From Candidatus Methylomirabilia bacterium (GTDB lineage Bacteria > Methylomirabilota > Methylomirabilia > Rokubacteriales > CSP1-6): a DNA stretch of 64,000 nucleotides. The position numbers and the translations under genes are program-made. The first letter of the stretch is position 1; each line of letters starts with the position of its first letter. The notes under the pieces are model-generated. The model was not told where the DNA came from. It was given only the letters and a program-made list of their open reading frames with translations, and did no database searches. The DNA lies in NCBI GenBank assembly GCA_041497115.1, contig JBGQFW010000011.1, positions 2,699 to 66,698 on the forward strand, in the 5' to 3' direction. This document shows, piece after piece, positions 36,687 through 49,073 of the stretch.

Positions 36687-37588
36687 CGAAGGACCCCGTC
36701 GGCTTCATCGGGCTCGGCACGATGGGCGGCCCCATGGCCGCCAACCTCGCCCGCGCCGGCGTGCCGCTCGTCGTCCACGACCCGAGCCCCGCCGCCACCG
36801 CCGCCGCGGCGAAGCACGCCGGCGTGACGGTCGCCGGCTCGCCCGCGGAGGTCGCCGGCCGCGTCGGGGTGCTCTTCAGCGCGCTGCCCAACGACGACGT
36901 CGTGCGCGCGGCCTACCTCGGCCCCGGCGGCGTCGCCGCGGGCGGGCGGGCCGGCCTCGTCACCTGCGACTGCTCGACGGTGAGCCCCGAGGCCACGCTC
37001 GAGGTGGCCGCCGACCTCGCGGCGCGGAGCATCACGCACATGGACACGCCGATGCTCGGCTCGCAGCCGCAGGCGGTGTCGGGCGAGATCTTCTTCATCG
37101 TGGGCGGTGAGCGCGCGACGCTCGACACGATCACGCCCTATCTCGAGATCATGGGCCGGCTGCACATGTACGTGGGCGCCTCCGCGGCCGGCAACCGGGT
37201 GAAGCTGCTCCACAACGGCCTTGTCGCGGTGACCGCGGTGGCGGTGGCCGAGGCTCTCGGCGCCTGCGTGCAGTCGGGGGTGGACCCCTACGTGTTCTAC
37301 GACGTCGTGAAGAACGGCGGCGGCATGGCCTTCGGCACGTACTTCGACCGCCGCGTCAAGCGCATGCTCGACGGCGACTTCTCGCCGACCTTCATGGCCG
37401 AGCTGATGCTGAAGGACGCGCGGCTGGCGCTGGACCTCGCGCGCGCCGTGCGGGTGCCGGCGCCGATCCTCGAGGAGACGACGCGCACCTACGCGGAGGC
37501 CGTCGCCGACGGCTGGGGCAAGGAAGACTTCTCCGCCGTCACCCACGTCGTCGAGAAGCGGATCGGGCGGCGCGTCACGCAGCGATAG
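36683..37588 (+). CDS. 3-hydroxyisobutyrate dehydrogenase-like NAD(P)-dependent oxidoreductase
   Basis: GFIGLGTMGGPMA, DCST, KLLHN and LMLKD motifs. Confidence 0.9.
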   Translation: MTKDPVGFIGLGTMGGPMAANLARAGVPLVVHDPSPAATAAAAKHAGVTVAGSPAEVAGRVGVLFSALPNDDVVRAAYLGPGGVAAGGRAGLVTCDCSTVSPEATLEVAADLAARSITHMDTPMLGSQPQAVSGEIFFIVGGERATLDTITPYLEIMGRLHMYVGASAAGNRVKLLHNGLVAVTAVAVAEALGACVQSGVDPYVFYDVVKNGGGMAFGTYFDRRVKRMLDGDFSPTFMAELMLKDARLALDLARAVRVPAPILEETTRTYAEAVADGWGKEDFSAVTHVVEKRIGRRVTQR

Positions 37589-37590
37589 CC

Positions 37591-38019
37591 GTGCGGCTGC
37601 CCGCCCGCGTCGCGCTCCTCGCCCTGCTGGCCCTCGCCGCCTGCGCCACGCCGCACGGCGCCTCGCCGGTGCTGAGCGATGACGCGCCGGCGCCGCGCGC
37701 CGACCTCTACGTGTTCAACATCAGCCGGGGCACGATGATCCCGCTGAACCGGCACGTGACGATCGACGGGTTTCCGCTCGTGAGCCTCCCGCGCGAGACC
37801 TGGCGGCGGCTCACCGTCAAGCCGGGGGCGCACGAGCTGGTGCTCGACGGCCAGCGGCTCCCCCTCGAGATCGCCGACGGCGGCGCGTATTTCGTCGTCG
37901 TCGCCCACCATCCGGCGCGCGCCTGGCTGGTGCCGGTCGGCGCCCACCCGATCTTCATCCGCGCCATCGGCGAGGCCGACGCCCTGCGCCTGTTCACGGA
38001 GATGAAAGAGGCGCAGTGA
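37591..38019 (+). CDS. Putative lipoprotein
   Basis: Lipobox LAAC after a hydrophobic signal, followed by a beta-rich domain. Confidence 0.65.
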   Translation: MRLPARVALLALLALAACATPHGASPVLSDDAPAPRADLYVFNISRGTMIPLNRHVTIDGFPLVSLPRETWRRLTVKPGAHELVLDGQRLPLEIADGGAYFVVVAHHPARAWLVPVGAHPIFIRAIGEADALRLFTEMKEAQ

Positions 38020-38927
38020 TCGGCGACCGGCCGATCGTGGACGCGCACCAGCACTTCTGGGACCCCGCGCGCAACCCGTACCCGTGGCTGACGGGAGCCC
38101 CGCTCGCCGACTTCCGCTACGGCGACTACACGTCCCTCCCGCGCCCCTACCTGCCCGACGACTTCCGCCGCGACGCCGGCGGCCATCGCGTGGTGGCGAC
38201 TGTGCACATGGAAGCCGAGTGGGATCCCGCCGACGAGGTGGGCGAGACGCGCTGGCTGGCCGGCGTGCGCGCGCGCCACGGGCTGCCCACCGTCGCCGTC
38301 GGTCACGCGCGCTTCGAGGCGCCGGACGTCGAGGGCGTGCTGGCCGGCCACGCCGCGTTCGACTTCGTGCGCGGCATCCGCCAGAAGCCGGCGGCGGCCG
38401 CCACGCCGGGCGACGCGCGGCGCGGCGCCCCCGGCTCGATGGACGACCCCGCGTGGCGACGCGGCTACGCGCGGCTCGACGCCCACCGCCTGCACTTCGA
38501 CGTGCAGACGCCGTGGTGGCACCTCGACGCCCTGGCCGACCTCGCGCGGGACTTCCCCGGCATCCCGATCGTGATCAACCACACCGCCCTGCCCGCCGAC
38601 CGCAGCGCCGGCGCGCTCGCGGGCTGGCGCCGCGCGCTGCAGACCGCCGCTGCGCAGCCGAACGTGACGATCAAGATCTCCGGCCTCGGCCAGCGCGACC
38701 GGTCGTGGCCGCGCGAGGCCAACCGGCAGGTGGTCCGCGACACCATCGCGATCTTCGGCGTTGCCCGCTGCATGTTCGCCAGCAACTTCCCGGTGGACGG
38801 CCTCTGCGTGGGCTATCGCGACCTCTTCGACGCCTTCGCGGAGTTCGTCGCCGACCGGCCGCCCGCCGAGCAGCGGGCGCTCTTCCACGACAACGCCGCG
38901 CGGATCTACCGGATCGGCGCGATTTGA
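38016..38927 (+). CDS. Amidohydrolase family 2 protein
   Basis: DAHQHFW, INHTALP, IKISG and FASNFPVD motifs. Confidence 0.88.
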   Translation: MIGDRPIVDAHQHFWDPARNPYPWLTGAPLADFRYGDYTSLPRPYLPDDFRRDAGGHRVVATVHMEAEWDPADEVGETRWLAGVRARHGLPTVAVGHARFEAPDVEGVLAGHAAFDFVRGIRQKPAAAATPGDARRGAPGSMDDPAWRRGYARLDAHRLHFDVQTPWWHLDALADLARDFPGIPIVINHTALPADRSAGALAGWRRALQTAAAQPNVTIKISGLGQRDRSWPREANRQVVRDTIAIFGVARCMFASNFPVDGLCVGYRDLFDAFAEFVADRPPAEQRALFHDNAARIYRIGAI

Positions 38928-38952
38928 CATCGGCAGCGGCCCCGGCGACACT
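38924..38952 (+). promoter_or_regulatory. Putative sigma70 promoter of the leuA leader
   Basis: TTGACA (38924-38929), 17-nt spacer, GACACT (38947-38952). Confidence 0.55.
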
Positions 38953-38962
38953 ACGTGGGCAC

Positions 38963-39037
38963 ATGGACACGAGCGCTCCTGCGACAGTGAGGACGACGAG
39001 GGGGACTTCCCCGCTCGCGAGCCTGTCCCTGACCTAG
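38963..39037 (+). CDS. Putative leucine attenuator leader peptide (24 aa)
   Basis: MDTSAPATVRTTRGTSPLASLSLT* has its only three Leu codons clustered before the stop. Lies upstream of a terminator and leuA. Confidence 0.6.
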   Translation: MDTSAPATVRTTRGTSPLASLSLT

Positions 39038-40804
<1,767 letters not shown>

Positions 40805-40822
40805 GCGGCGGCCGGCAACCGC

Positions 40823-41254
40823 TTAGCGCGCGCGGACGGTCAGCACCGGGCACGGCGCGGCGGCGATCACCCGCGCGGCGACACTGCCGAGGATCAGCCG
40901 TCGCAGCCCGGTCCGTCCGTGGGTGCCCATCACGATCAGGGTGGCCCGCCGCTTGCGCGCGAGGGCGACGATCTGGCGCGCGGGGTTGCCGTCGAGCAGC
41001 GCGACGCCGGCGGTGACGCCGGCGCGCCGCGCCGCCGCCCGCAGCCGGTCGAAGCCCCGGCGGGCCGCCGCCTCGGCGCGCTCCCGCAGCTTCAGCTCCT
41101 GCAGCAGGTAGGTCTCGTCGCCGAACGTGATCGGCTCCAGCACGTGGACGAGCACCAGGCGCGCCCGCTCCCGCCTCGCCACGGCGAGCGCGCGGCGGAA
41201 CGCCGGCCGCGCGCCGGGTGAAAAATCCGTCGGGTGAAGGATCAGCCTGGCCAT
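40823..41254 (-). CDS. Universal stress protein
   Basis: ILHPTDFS and VMGTHGRTGLRRLILGSVA...PCPVLTV motifs. Confidence 0.93.
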   Translation of the reverse strand: MARLILHPTDFSPGARPAFRRALAVARRERARLVLVHVLEPITFGDETYLLQELKLRERAEAAARRGFDRLRAAARRAGVTAGVALLDGNPARQIVALARKRRATLIVMGTHGRTGLRRLILGSVAARVIAAAPCPVLTVRAR

Positions 41255-41310
41255 GTCCGCCTGCCTCCCCGGAATGATAGGATGAGGGCCGCTCGAAGGA
41301 GGATATACCC

Positions 41311-43185
41311 ATGGCTGCCGGCATCACGGCCAAGCTCCTGCACATCGACCTCACCGCGCGGCAGACGCGCGTGGAAGAAGTTCCCGAGAACGTGCTGCGC
41401 CGGCACCTGGGCGGCGGCGCCATGGCCGCCTGGCTGCTGCTGCGCGAGCTCGAGCCCGGCGTCGATCCGCTCGGTCCCGACAACGTCCTCGTCTTCATGA
41501 CGAGCGTGATCAACGGGCTCTCGCTCTCCGGCACCAACCGCTACACGGCGGCGGCCAAGTCGCCGCTCACCGGCGGCTACGGCGAGTCCGAGGCGGGCGG
41601 CTGGTGGGGACCGGAGCTGCGCGCGGCCGGCTGGGACGGCGTGGTCGTGCACGGAAAGGCCGACAAGCCGACCTACGTGTGGATCAAGGACGACCGGGTC
41701 GAGTTCCGCGACGCCGCCGCGTACTGGGGCCAGCTCTCCGGCGAGGTGCAGGACGGCCTCGAGGCCGAGCTGGGCGACAAGCGCATCCGCGTCTTGCAGT
41801 GCGGCGTGTCGGGCGAGCGCGGCGTGCGCTTCGCGGCCATCGTGAACCAGCTCAAGCACTTCCACGGCCGCAGCGGGCTGGGCGCGGTGATGGGGTCCAA
41901 GAACCTCAAGGCGATCGTCGTGCGCGGCAGCAAGCCGCCGGCGGCCGCCGACAAGGACCAGGCCAAGCAGAAGCTGGTGTGGTTCAAGGACCACTACGAC
42001 CGCTCGAAGGACCGCTTCCACCAGCTGGGCTCCTCCGCCGGCGTGCTCGCGCTCGAGGCCAGCGGCATCCTGCCCACGCGCAACTTCCGCGACGGCTCGT
42101 TCGAGGGCGCGCACGACATCAGCGGCCAGAAGATGCGCGACACGATCCTGGTCAACCGCGGCACCTGCTACGCGTGCGCCGTCGCCTGCAAGCGCGAGGT
42201 CGAGGTGAAGGAGCTGGGCGTGACGCCCAAGTACGGCGGGCCGGAGTACGAGACGCTCGCCGCCACCGGGTCGCTGTGCGGCATCAACGACCTCAACGCG
42301 CTGGCGCTGATCAACCAGCTCTACGCGCAGTACGTGCTCGACTCGATCTCCACCGGCGCCTCCATCGCGTTCGCCATGGAGTGCTACGAGCAGAAGATCA
42401 TCGACAAGACGACGACCGGCGGCCTCGACCTCACCTGGGGCAACGTGGACGACACGATCACGCTGATCCACCAGATCGGCCGCCGCGAGGGGTTCGGCCG
42501 GCTGCTCGGCGAGGGCGTCAAGCGGGCGGCCGCGCAGCTCGGCAAGGGCGCCGAGAAGTTCGCGATGCACGTCAAGGGGCAGGAGCTGCCGATGCACGAC
42601 CCGCGCGGCAAGAAGGGGCTCGCGCTCGCCTACGCGCTGTCGCCGACCGGCGCCGACCACATGGAGGCGCCCCACGATCCACTCTACGCCGGCTTCCACA
42701 CCCAGGGCCATTCGATGGGCGTGCTGGGGCTGATCGAGCCGCTCGACCCGCTCGACCTGGACGCCAGGAAAGTCCGCGCGTTCTTCGAGACGCAGAAGGT
42801 CTGGTCGTTCTACAACTCGGTCGGCATGTGCGATTTCGTCGGCGCGCCGCTCAACGTGCTGGAGCTCGCGCCGCTGATCGACTACATCAACGGCGTCACC
42901 GGCTGGAACATGAGCCTCTACGAGGCGATGAAGGTGGGCGAGCGCGCCAACACGCTGGCCCGCGTCTTCAACGACCGCGAGGGGTTCACGCCGGCCGACG
43001 ACGTGCTGCCCGACCGGCTGCACGAAGGCATCGGCAACGGCGCGCTGAAGGGGTCGAAGGTCGAGCGCGACCTGTTCGTGGCGGCGCGGCGGACCTACTA
43101 CGAGATGGCCGGCTGGGACGCCGAGACCGGCAGGCCCACCGCCAGCAAGCTGGCCGAGCTCGGCCTCACGGACGTGAAGGCATGA
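41311..43185 (+). CDS. Aldehyde:ferredoxin oxidoreductase family (W/Mo bis-pterin)
   Basis: [53 protein letters not shown] and GMC motifs. Confidence 0.92.
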   Translation: MAAGITAKLLHIDLTARQTRVEEVPENVLRRHLGGGAMAAWLLLRELEPGVDPLGPDNVLVFMTSVINGLSLSGTNRYTAAAKSPLTGGYGESEAGGWWGPELRAAGWDGVVVHGKADKPTYVWIKDDRVEFRDAAAYWGQLSGEVQDGLEAELGDKRIRVLQCGVSGERGVRFAAIVNQLKHFHGRSGLGAVMGSKNLKAIVVRGSKPPAAADKDQAKQKLVWFKDHYDRSKDRFHQLGSSAGVLALEASGILPTRNFRDGSFEGAHDISGQKMRDTILVNRGTCYACAVACKREVEVKELGVTPKYGGPEYETLAATGSLCGINDLNALALINQLYAQYVLDSISTGASIAFAMECYEQKIIDKTTTGGLDLTWGNVDDTITLIHQIGRREGFGRLLGEGVKRAAAQLGKGAEKFAMHVKGQELPMHDPRGKKGLALAYALSPTGADHMEAPHDPLYAGFHTQGHSMGVLGLIEPLDPLDLDARKVRAFFETQKVWSFYNSVGMCDFVGAPLNVLELAPLIDYINGVTGWNMSLYEAMKVGERANTLARVFNDREGFTPADDVLPDRLHEGIGNGALKGSKVERDLFVAARRTYYEMAGWDAETGRPTASKLAELGLTDVKA

Positions 43186-44174
43186 GCGCGATCCCGCGCC
43201 GGCGGCTCGGTCAGAGCACGCTCGACGTCTCGGCGATCGGCCTGGGGTGCATGGGGTTCTCGGGCGTCTACGGCCCCGCCGACGACACCGAGTCGATCGC
43301 GCTCATCCAGCGCGCGATCGATCTCGGCGTCAACCACCTCGACTCCTCGGACATGTACGGCTGGGGCCACAACGAGACCCTGATCGGCAAGGCGCTCAAG
43401 GGGCGGCGCGACCGGGTGATCCTGGCCACGAAGTTCGGCCAGGTGCAGAACCCCGGCGGCGCCAACGTGGTCAACGGCCGCGCGGAGTACGTCGTGCAGG
43501 CGTGCGACGCCAGCCTCAAGCGGCTGGGCGTGGACGTGATCGACCTCTACTACCAGCATCGCGTGGACCCCAAGGTGCCGATCGAGGAGACCGTGAGCGG
43601 CATGAAGCGCTGCGTGGAGGCGGGCAAGGTGCGCTTCCTCGGTCTCTCCGAGGCGGCGCCCGCCACCGTGCGCCGCGCCCACGCCGTGCACCCGATCAGC
43701 GCGGTGCAGAGCGAGTACTCGCTGCTCTACCGCCGCGAGGCCGAGGAGACGCTGCCGACGCTGCGCGAGCTGGGCATCTCGTTCGTGGCCTACTCGCCGC
43801 TGGGGCGCAGCCTGCTCGCGGGCCAGGTCCACAAACCCCAGGACATCCCCGAGGGCGACCGGCGGCTGGCCCACCCGCGCTTCCAGGGCGACAACCTGGT
43901 CCGCAACATCGAGCTGGTGAAGAGGCTCGAGGCGTTCGCGCGCGAGAAGGGCTGCACACCCGGCCAGCTCGTGCTCGCCTGGCTCCTCGCCCAGGGCCGG
44001 GACGTGGTCGCCATCCCCGGCACCAAGCGGATCGATCGGCTTCAAGAAAACCTCGGCGCGCTGAAGGTCGAGCTGAGCGCCGACGACGTGCGGCGGATCT
44101 CGGAGACGGCACCGGTCGGCGCCGGCGCCGGCGGCCGTTACCCCGAGGCCCAGCTCAAAGCCGTCTTCATCTGA
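43182..44174 (+). CDS. Aldo/keto reductase
   Basis: [28 protein letters not shown] and YSPLGR motifs. Confidence 0.93.
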   Translation: MSAIPRRRLGQSTLDVSAIGLGCMGFSGVYGPADDTESIALIQRAIDLGVNHLDSSDMYGWGHNETLIGKALKGRRDRVILATKFGQVQNPGGANVVNGRAEYVVQACDASLKRLGVDVIDLYYQHRVDPKVPIEETVSGMKRCVEAGKVRFLGLSEAAPATVRRAHAVHPISAVQSEYSLLYRREAEETLPTLRELGISFVAYSPLGRSLLAGQVHKPQDIPEGDRRLAHPRFQGDNLVRNIELVKRLEAFAREKGCTPGQLVLAWLLAQGRDVVAIPGTKRIDRLQENLGALKVELSADDVRRISETAPVGAGAGGRYPEAQLKAVFI

Positions 44175-45004
44175 TGCAGATCCAGCCGATCGCCGGTGCG
44201 CTCGGCGCCGAGGTCAGCGGCGTCGACCTCTCGAGGGATCTTGGCGACGCCACCGTTGCCGAGTTGCGCCGCGCGTGGCTGGATCACCTGGTCCTCTTCT
44301 TCCGCGACCAGGAGCTGCCGCCGGCGCGCTTCCTGGCCTTCGCGAAGCGCTTCGGCGAGCCGATCGAGTACCCGTTCGTGAAGGGGCTCGACGACTTCCC
44401 CGTGATCATCCCCGTCCTCAAGCTCGCGCACGAGACGATCAACTTCGGCGGCATTTGGCACTCCGACACGACCTACCTCGACGTGCCGCCGATGGCGAGC
44501 ATGCTGGTGGCGCGCGAGGTCCCGCCCGCCGGTGGCGACACCGAGTTCGCCAACATGTACGCGGCCTACGAGACGCTCTCGGACGGCCTGCGGCGGCTGC
44601 TCGACGGCCTGGCGGCGATCAACAGCTCGGCGGCGGCCGACGTGTCGCGCACCCGCGAGGACCGCATCAAGGACAGCGCGCGCGCCGACGCGAAGAAGGC
44701 GTACGAGGCCGTCCACCCGGTCGTGCGCGTGCATCCCGAGACGGGCCGCCGTGCGCTCTACGTCAACGTGGCCCACACCGTGCGCTTCGAGGGAATGACC
44801 GCCGAGGAGAGCGCGCCGCTGCTGCAGTACCTCTATCGCCACCAGACGCGGCCGGAACTCACCTGCCGCTTCCGCTGGCGCCCGGGCTCGCTGGCGATGT
44901 GGGACAACCGCTGCGCCCAGCACAACGCGATCAACGACTACCAGGGCCACCGCCGCCTGCTCCACCGCATCACGCTCGCCGGCGACAAGCCGAAGGGTCC
45001 CTAG
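44174..45004 (+). CDS. TauD/TfdA family dioxygenase
   Basis: WHSDTTY, GGDTEFAN, HPVVRVHPETG and WDNRCAQH motifs. Confidence 0.92.
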   Translation: MQIQPIAGALGAEVSGVDLSRDLGDATVAELRRAWLDHLVLFFRDQELPPARFLAFAKRFGEPIEYPFVKGLDDFPVIIPVLKLAHETINFGGIWHSDTTYLDVPPMASMLVAREVPPAGGDTEFANMYAAYETLSDGLRRLLDGLAAINSSAAADVSRTREDRIKDSARADAKKAYEAVHPVVRVHPETGRRALYVNVAHTVRFEGMTAEESAPLLQYLYRHQTRPELTCRFRWRPGSLAMWDNRCAQHNAINDYQGHRRLLHRITLAGDKPKGP

Positions 45005-45005
45005 C

Positions 45006-46610
45006 TCACCCCTCGTACACGACCTCGCCGCCGACGATCGTCATCGCCACGGGCAGGTGGCGCAGGTCCTTCACCGGCACGCGCGCGATGTCCTCGCCGA
45101 GCACGACCAGATCGGCGAGCTTGCCGGGCTCGAGGCTGCCCTTGAGATGCTCCTCGAACGACGCGAACGCGCCGTTGATCGTGTGCATGCGGATCGCCGT
45201 CGTGAGATCCACGCGCTCGTCGGGGCCGCACACCTGGCCGTCGCTCGTCGCGCGCGTGAGCGCCTGCTCGATGCCGAACAGCGGGGCGTAGTGCGTCACC
45301 GGCGCGTCGGAGGAGCCGACGACGGGCACGCCGGCGGCCAGCAGGCTCTTGGCCGGGAACATCGTGTCGGCGCGGGGCTGGCCGTAGTTGGCGATGTAGC
45401 CGTCGCCGAACTCCCAGAAGAACGCCGGCTGCATGACCGGCAGGATGCGCTGGGCGCGCACGCGCGCGCGCAGGTCGGGCGGGCAGATGCCGCAGTGCTC
45501 GATACGATGGCGCAGCCCCTGGCGCGGCGCCTCGCGCTGGGCGCGGTCCATCGCGTTCAGCGTCTGCTCGATGGCGCGGTCGCCGACGGCGTGGACGGTG
45601 CACTGGAACCCCTGGCGGTGCGCCCGGCCGATGAGGTCGTCGAGATCGTCCTGGCTCCAGTAGAGAATTCCGTGATCCTGGCAGTTCGAGGTGTACGGCT
45701 CGCGGGTGGCCGCGGTCGGCCCGCTCGAGGAGCCGTCGGTCATCACCTTGAAAGCGCCGAGCTGGAGTCGCGCGTCGCCGAGCCCCGTGTGCACGCCCGT
45801 CCCGAGCAGCCCCATTAACGGATGCTGGCGGCTATTGACGGTGGCGAACGCGTAGATGCGGATGCGCAGGCGGCCGGCGGCGGCCAGTTCCTGGCACGGG
45901 CCGAACGGCGGGCCGACGAGGCCGCCGGCGTCGTGCACGCTGGTGGCGCCGGCGGCGGTGTAGGCCGCATCCGCGCGCAGCAGCGCCTCGCGGAACTCGT
46001 CGCGCGAGGGCAGCGCGGCAAGCTGCAGCGGCGCCTGCGCAGTCTCGTAGGCCACGCCCAGATGCCGGCCGCCCTCGCGGTCGTAGCGGCCGCCGGCGGG
46101 ATCGGGCGTGGCGTCGGTGATGCCGGCCAGCGCCAGCGCGCGGCCGTTGACCGAGGCGATGTGGCCGCACGTGCGCGTGAAGAGCACCGGGTGATCGGGC
46201 GCGACGGCGTCCCAGTCCAGGCGGTTGGGATGGCGCCGCTCGGCCAGCCGCGACTGATCGTAGCCGCGCCCGCGGATCCACGTGCCCGGCGGCTGGGCCG
46301 CCGCCCGCGCGCGCACCGCGTCCTGCAGCGCGCGGATCGACTGCATGCCGGTGGCCTTGCAGTCGATCGAGACGGACGCCATGCCGAGCCCCGCCAGGTG
46401 GCAGTGGCCGTCGATGAACCCCGGCAGCAGCGCCCGGCCGCGCAGCTCGACGGCGCGCGTGGCCGGCCCGGCCAGGGCGCGCACTTCCGCGTCACCGCCG
46501 GCCAGCAGGACGCGGCCGCCGCCGACGGCCAGCGCGGGGACGACGTCGTTGGCGGCGTTGACGGTGTGGACCCGGCCGCCGGTGAAGATCAGGTCGGCGT
46601 GCTCGCTCAT
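45006..46610 (-). CDS. Amidohydrolase family 3 (YtcJ-like)
   Basis: PGFIDGHCH, HAVGDRA, RIEHC, SSDAP and GSLEPGKLADLVVL motifs. Confidence 0.9.
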   Translation of the reverse strand: MSEHADLIFTGGRVHTVNAANDVVPALAVGGGRVLLAGGDAEVRALAGPATRAVELRGRALLPGFIDGHCHLAGLGMASVSIDCKATGMQSIRALQDAVRARAAAQPPGTWIRGRGYDQSRLAERRHPNRLDWDAVAPDHPVLFTRTCGHIASVNGRALALAGITDATPDPAGGRYDREGGRHLGVAYETAQAPLQLAALPSRDEFREALLRADAAYTAAGATSVHDAGGLVGPPFGPCQELAAAGRLRIRIYAFATVNSRQHPLMGLLGTGVHTGLGDARLQLGAFKVMTDGSSSGPTAATREPYTSNCQDHGILYWSQDDLDDLIGRAHRQGFQCTVHAVGDRAIEQTLNAMDRAQREAPRQGLRHRIEHCGICPPDLRARVRAQRILPVMQPAFFWEFGDGYIANYGQPRADTMFPAKSLLAAGVPVVGSSDAPVTHYAPLFGIEQALTRATSDGQVCGPDERVDLTTAIRMHTINGAFASFEEHLKGSLEPGKLADLVVLGEDIARVPVKDLRHLPVAMTIVGGEVVYEG

Positions 46611-46630
46611 GGTGCGCTAGCATACCGCGC

Positions 46631-47467
46631 ATGCCCGACGCCGAGTGGCTCGAGACGTATCGCGGCACCGTGTTCCGCTGGGAGGTGGACGCCAACGATC
46701 ACCTCACCGTCGCCTACTACCTCTCCCGCTTCGCCGACGCCGCGGTCACCGTCCTGCACGCCCTCGGCGCCGCCCCGGCGCCGACGCGCGACTGCTACAT
46801 CCGCTACACGCGCGAGCTGCGCGTCAACGACCTCATGCACGTGGAGAGCGCCGTCATCGGCGTCGAGCCCGACGCCCTCGTGATCGGTCACAAGCTGCTG
46901 GAGTCCACCGAGCGCGTCCTGTGCACCACCGTCGAGCACCGGCTGGCCCTCACCCTCACGCCCGGGCAGCGCCGCGCCGCCGAGGCGCGCCGCGTCGCCT
47001 GGGACGGGCCGGCGCGCGAGACGCGGCCCCGCCCGAAGTCGCTCGAGGGCTTCCACGCCTGCGCGCGCGACGCCGCCAACCCCGGCGAGGTCGACGCGGG
47101 CGGTCGCCTCGCGCTGTCGGCGGCGATCCACCGCTTCTCGGCCGCCAACGGCCACGCCCTCGCCGCCTTCGGCCTCACGCCCAAGTACATGCGCGACGCC
47201 CACCGCGGCTTCTCGACCTTCGAGTTCCAGCTGGGGTTCGAGGGTGGCGTGCGCGCGGGCGATCCGCTCACCGTGCGCAGCGCGCTCACGCACGTCGGCA
47301 ACTCGTCCATCCGCATCCTGCACGTGATGACCAACGAGCGCAGCGGCGAGCGCGTGTCCACGCTCGAGCAGTCCGGGGTGCAGCTCGATCTCGACGCCCG
47401 CCGCCCGGCCCCCCTGCCCGACGCGCTGCGCAGCCGGGCCCTCGCGCTCCTCGTCCGGGCGGGGTAA
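46631..47467 (+). CDS. Double hot-dog thioesterase family protein
   Basis: Two repeats of a (W)EVD.(N/G).HL hot-dog motif. Confidence 0.78.
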   Translation: MPDAEWLETYRGTVFRWEVDANDHLTVAYYLSRFADAAVTVLHALGAAPAPTRDCYIRYTRELRVNDLMHVESAVIGVEPDALVIGHKLLESTERVLCTTVEHRLALTLTPGQRRAAEARRVAWDGPARETRPRPKSLEGFHACARDAANPGEVDAGGRLALSAAIHRFSAANGHALAAFGLTPKYMRDAHRGFSTFEFQLGFEGGVRAGDPLTVRSALTHVGNSSIRILHVMTNERSGERVSTLEQSGVQLDLDARRPAPLPDALRSRALALLVRAG

Positions 47468-47518
47468 GATGCGGGCGCCCCGGCCCCGACAGCCGACGTT
47501 TCCACACGGGAGGACACG

Positions 47519-49069
47519 ATGAGCATCTCTTGGACCAGGCGGTTTCTCGTCGCCGGCGCCCTGCTGCTGGCGCTGGCGCCCGGCGCCGCCCACGCGCAGA
47601 AGAAGACGCTGGTGGTCGCCCTCAACCAGGACCCCGACATCCTCGACCCGACGCTGGCCCGCACCTACGTCGGGCGCATCATCTTCGAGCACATCTGCGA
47701 GAAGCTCTACGAGATCGACGAGAACCTGGTCATCCATCCGCAGCTCGCCGCCGCCCTGCCCGCCGTCAGCGACGGCGGGAAGACGGTCACCATCAAGCTG
47801 CGCGCCGGGGTGAAGTTCAACGACGGCACGCCGATGAACGCCGAGGCCGTGCGGTTCTCGCTCGAGCGGCACCGCGACATGAAGGGCTCGACGCGGCGCA
47901 GCGAGCTGGATCACGTCACCGCGATCGAGGTCGTGGACCCGACGACCATCCGCCTTCGCCTCAAGTCGCCGCTGTCGCCGCTGACCGCGATCCTCACCGA
48001 CCGCGCGGGGATGCCGGTGTCGCCGGCGGCCGCGCAGAAGCTGGGCGACAAGTTCGGCACCGCGCCGGTGTGCGTGGGGCCGTGGCAGTTCGTCGAGCGC
48101 ATCCCGCAAGACCGGATCGTCGTCGAGCGCTCGCCCCACTACTTCGACCCGGCGGCGGCCAAGTTCGACCGGATCATCTTCCGGATCATCCCCGACGACA
48201 ACGTGCGACTGGCCAACCTGCGCTCGGGCGACATCGACGTCATGCACCTCGTCGCGCCGAGCGACGCCACCAGCCTGAAGAAGGAAGGCAAGTTCGAGGT
48301 CTCCAACGCCGTCGGCCTCGGCTACAACGGCATCACGATCAACCTGCGCAACAAGAGCGGCAAGACCCAGCCCCCCGGCAACCTCGGCACGCCGCTCGCC
48401 AACGATCCGCGCGTGCGCGAGGCGCTCGAGCTCTCGATCGACCGCGAGGCCCTCAACCAGGTGGCGTGGGACGGCCTCTACACGCCGGGGTGCACGGCGA
48501 TCGCGCCGAACAGCCCGTTCTTCGACAAGGCCCGCAAGTGCCTCGGTCGCGACGTGGCGCGCGCCAAGAAGCTCCTCGCCGAGGCGGGGCTGCCCAACGG
48601 CTACGCGTTCGAGATGGTGATCGTCAACAACCCGCAGCAGCGGCGGGTGGGCGAGGTCATCCAGGGCATGGCGCGCGAGGCCGGCTTCAACATCTCGCTG
48701 GTGCCCAAGGAGTTCGCCTCGTCGCTGAAGGACAACGAGGACGGCAAGCACCAGGCGTTCCTCATCGGCTGGAGCGGCCGGGTGGACCCCGACCACAACA
48801 TCCACCAGTTCCAGACGTGCGGCGGCAGCCTCAACGAGACGCTGGGATGCGACGAGAAGCTCGACAGCCTGCTGAACCGCGCGCGCGAGGTCACCGACAT
48901 CGCCCAGCGCACCGCGCTCTACCGCGAGGCGAACGACATCATGCTGGCGCGCCGGAACATCCTCTATCTCTATTTCCAGAACTACATCGTGGCGTTCCCG
49001 AAGAACCTGAAGGGGTACAAGGCCGTGGGCGACGGCCTCATTCGCATCAAGGGCACGTCCTGGCAGTAG
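47519..49069 (+). CDS. ABC substrate-binding protein, family 5
   Basis: Signal peptide, DPDILDP, GVKFNDGTP, VCVGPW and DPRVREA motifs. Confidence 0.92.
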   Translation: MSISWTRRFLVAGALLLALAPGAAHAQKKTLVVALNQDPDILDPTLARTYVGRIIFEHICEKLYEIDENLVIHPQLAAALPAVSDGGKTVTIKLRAGVKFNDGTPMNAEAVRFSLERHRDMKGSTRRSELDHVTAIEVVDPTTIRLRLKSPLSPLTAILTDRAGMPVSPAAAQKLGDKFGTAPVCVGPWQFVERIPQDRIVVERSPHYFDPAAAKFDRIIFRIIPDDNVRLANLRSGDIDVMHLVAPSDATSLKKEGKFEVSNAVGLGYNGITINLRNKSGKTQPPGNLGTPLANDPRVREALELSIDREALNQVAWDGLYTPGCTAIAPNSPFFDKARKCLGRDVARAKKLLAEAGLPNGYAFEMVIVNNPQQRRVGEVIQGMAREAGFNISLVPKEFASSLKDNEDGKHQAFLIGWSGRVDPDHNIHQFQTCGGSLNETLGCDEKLDSLLNRAREVTDIAQRTALYREANDIMLARRNILYLYFQNYIVAFPKNLKGYKAVGDGLIRIKGTSWQ

Positions 49070-49073
49070 ACGC

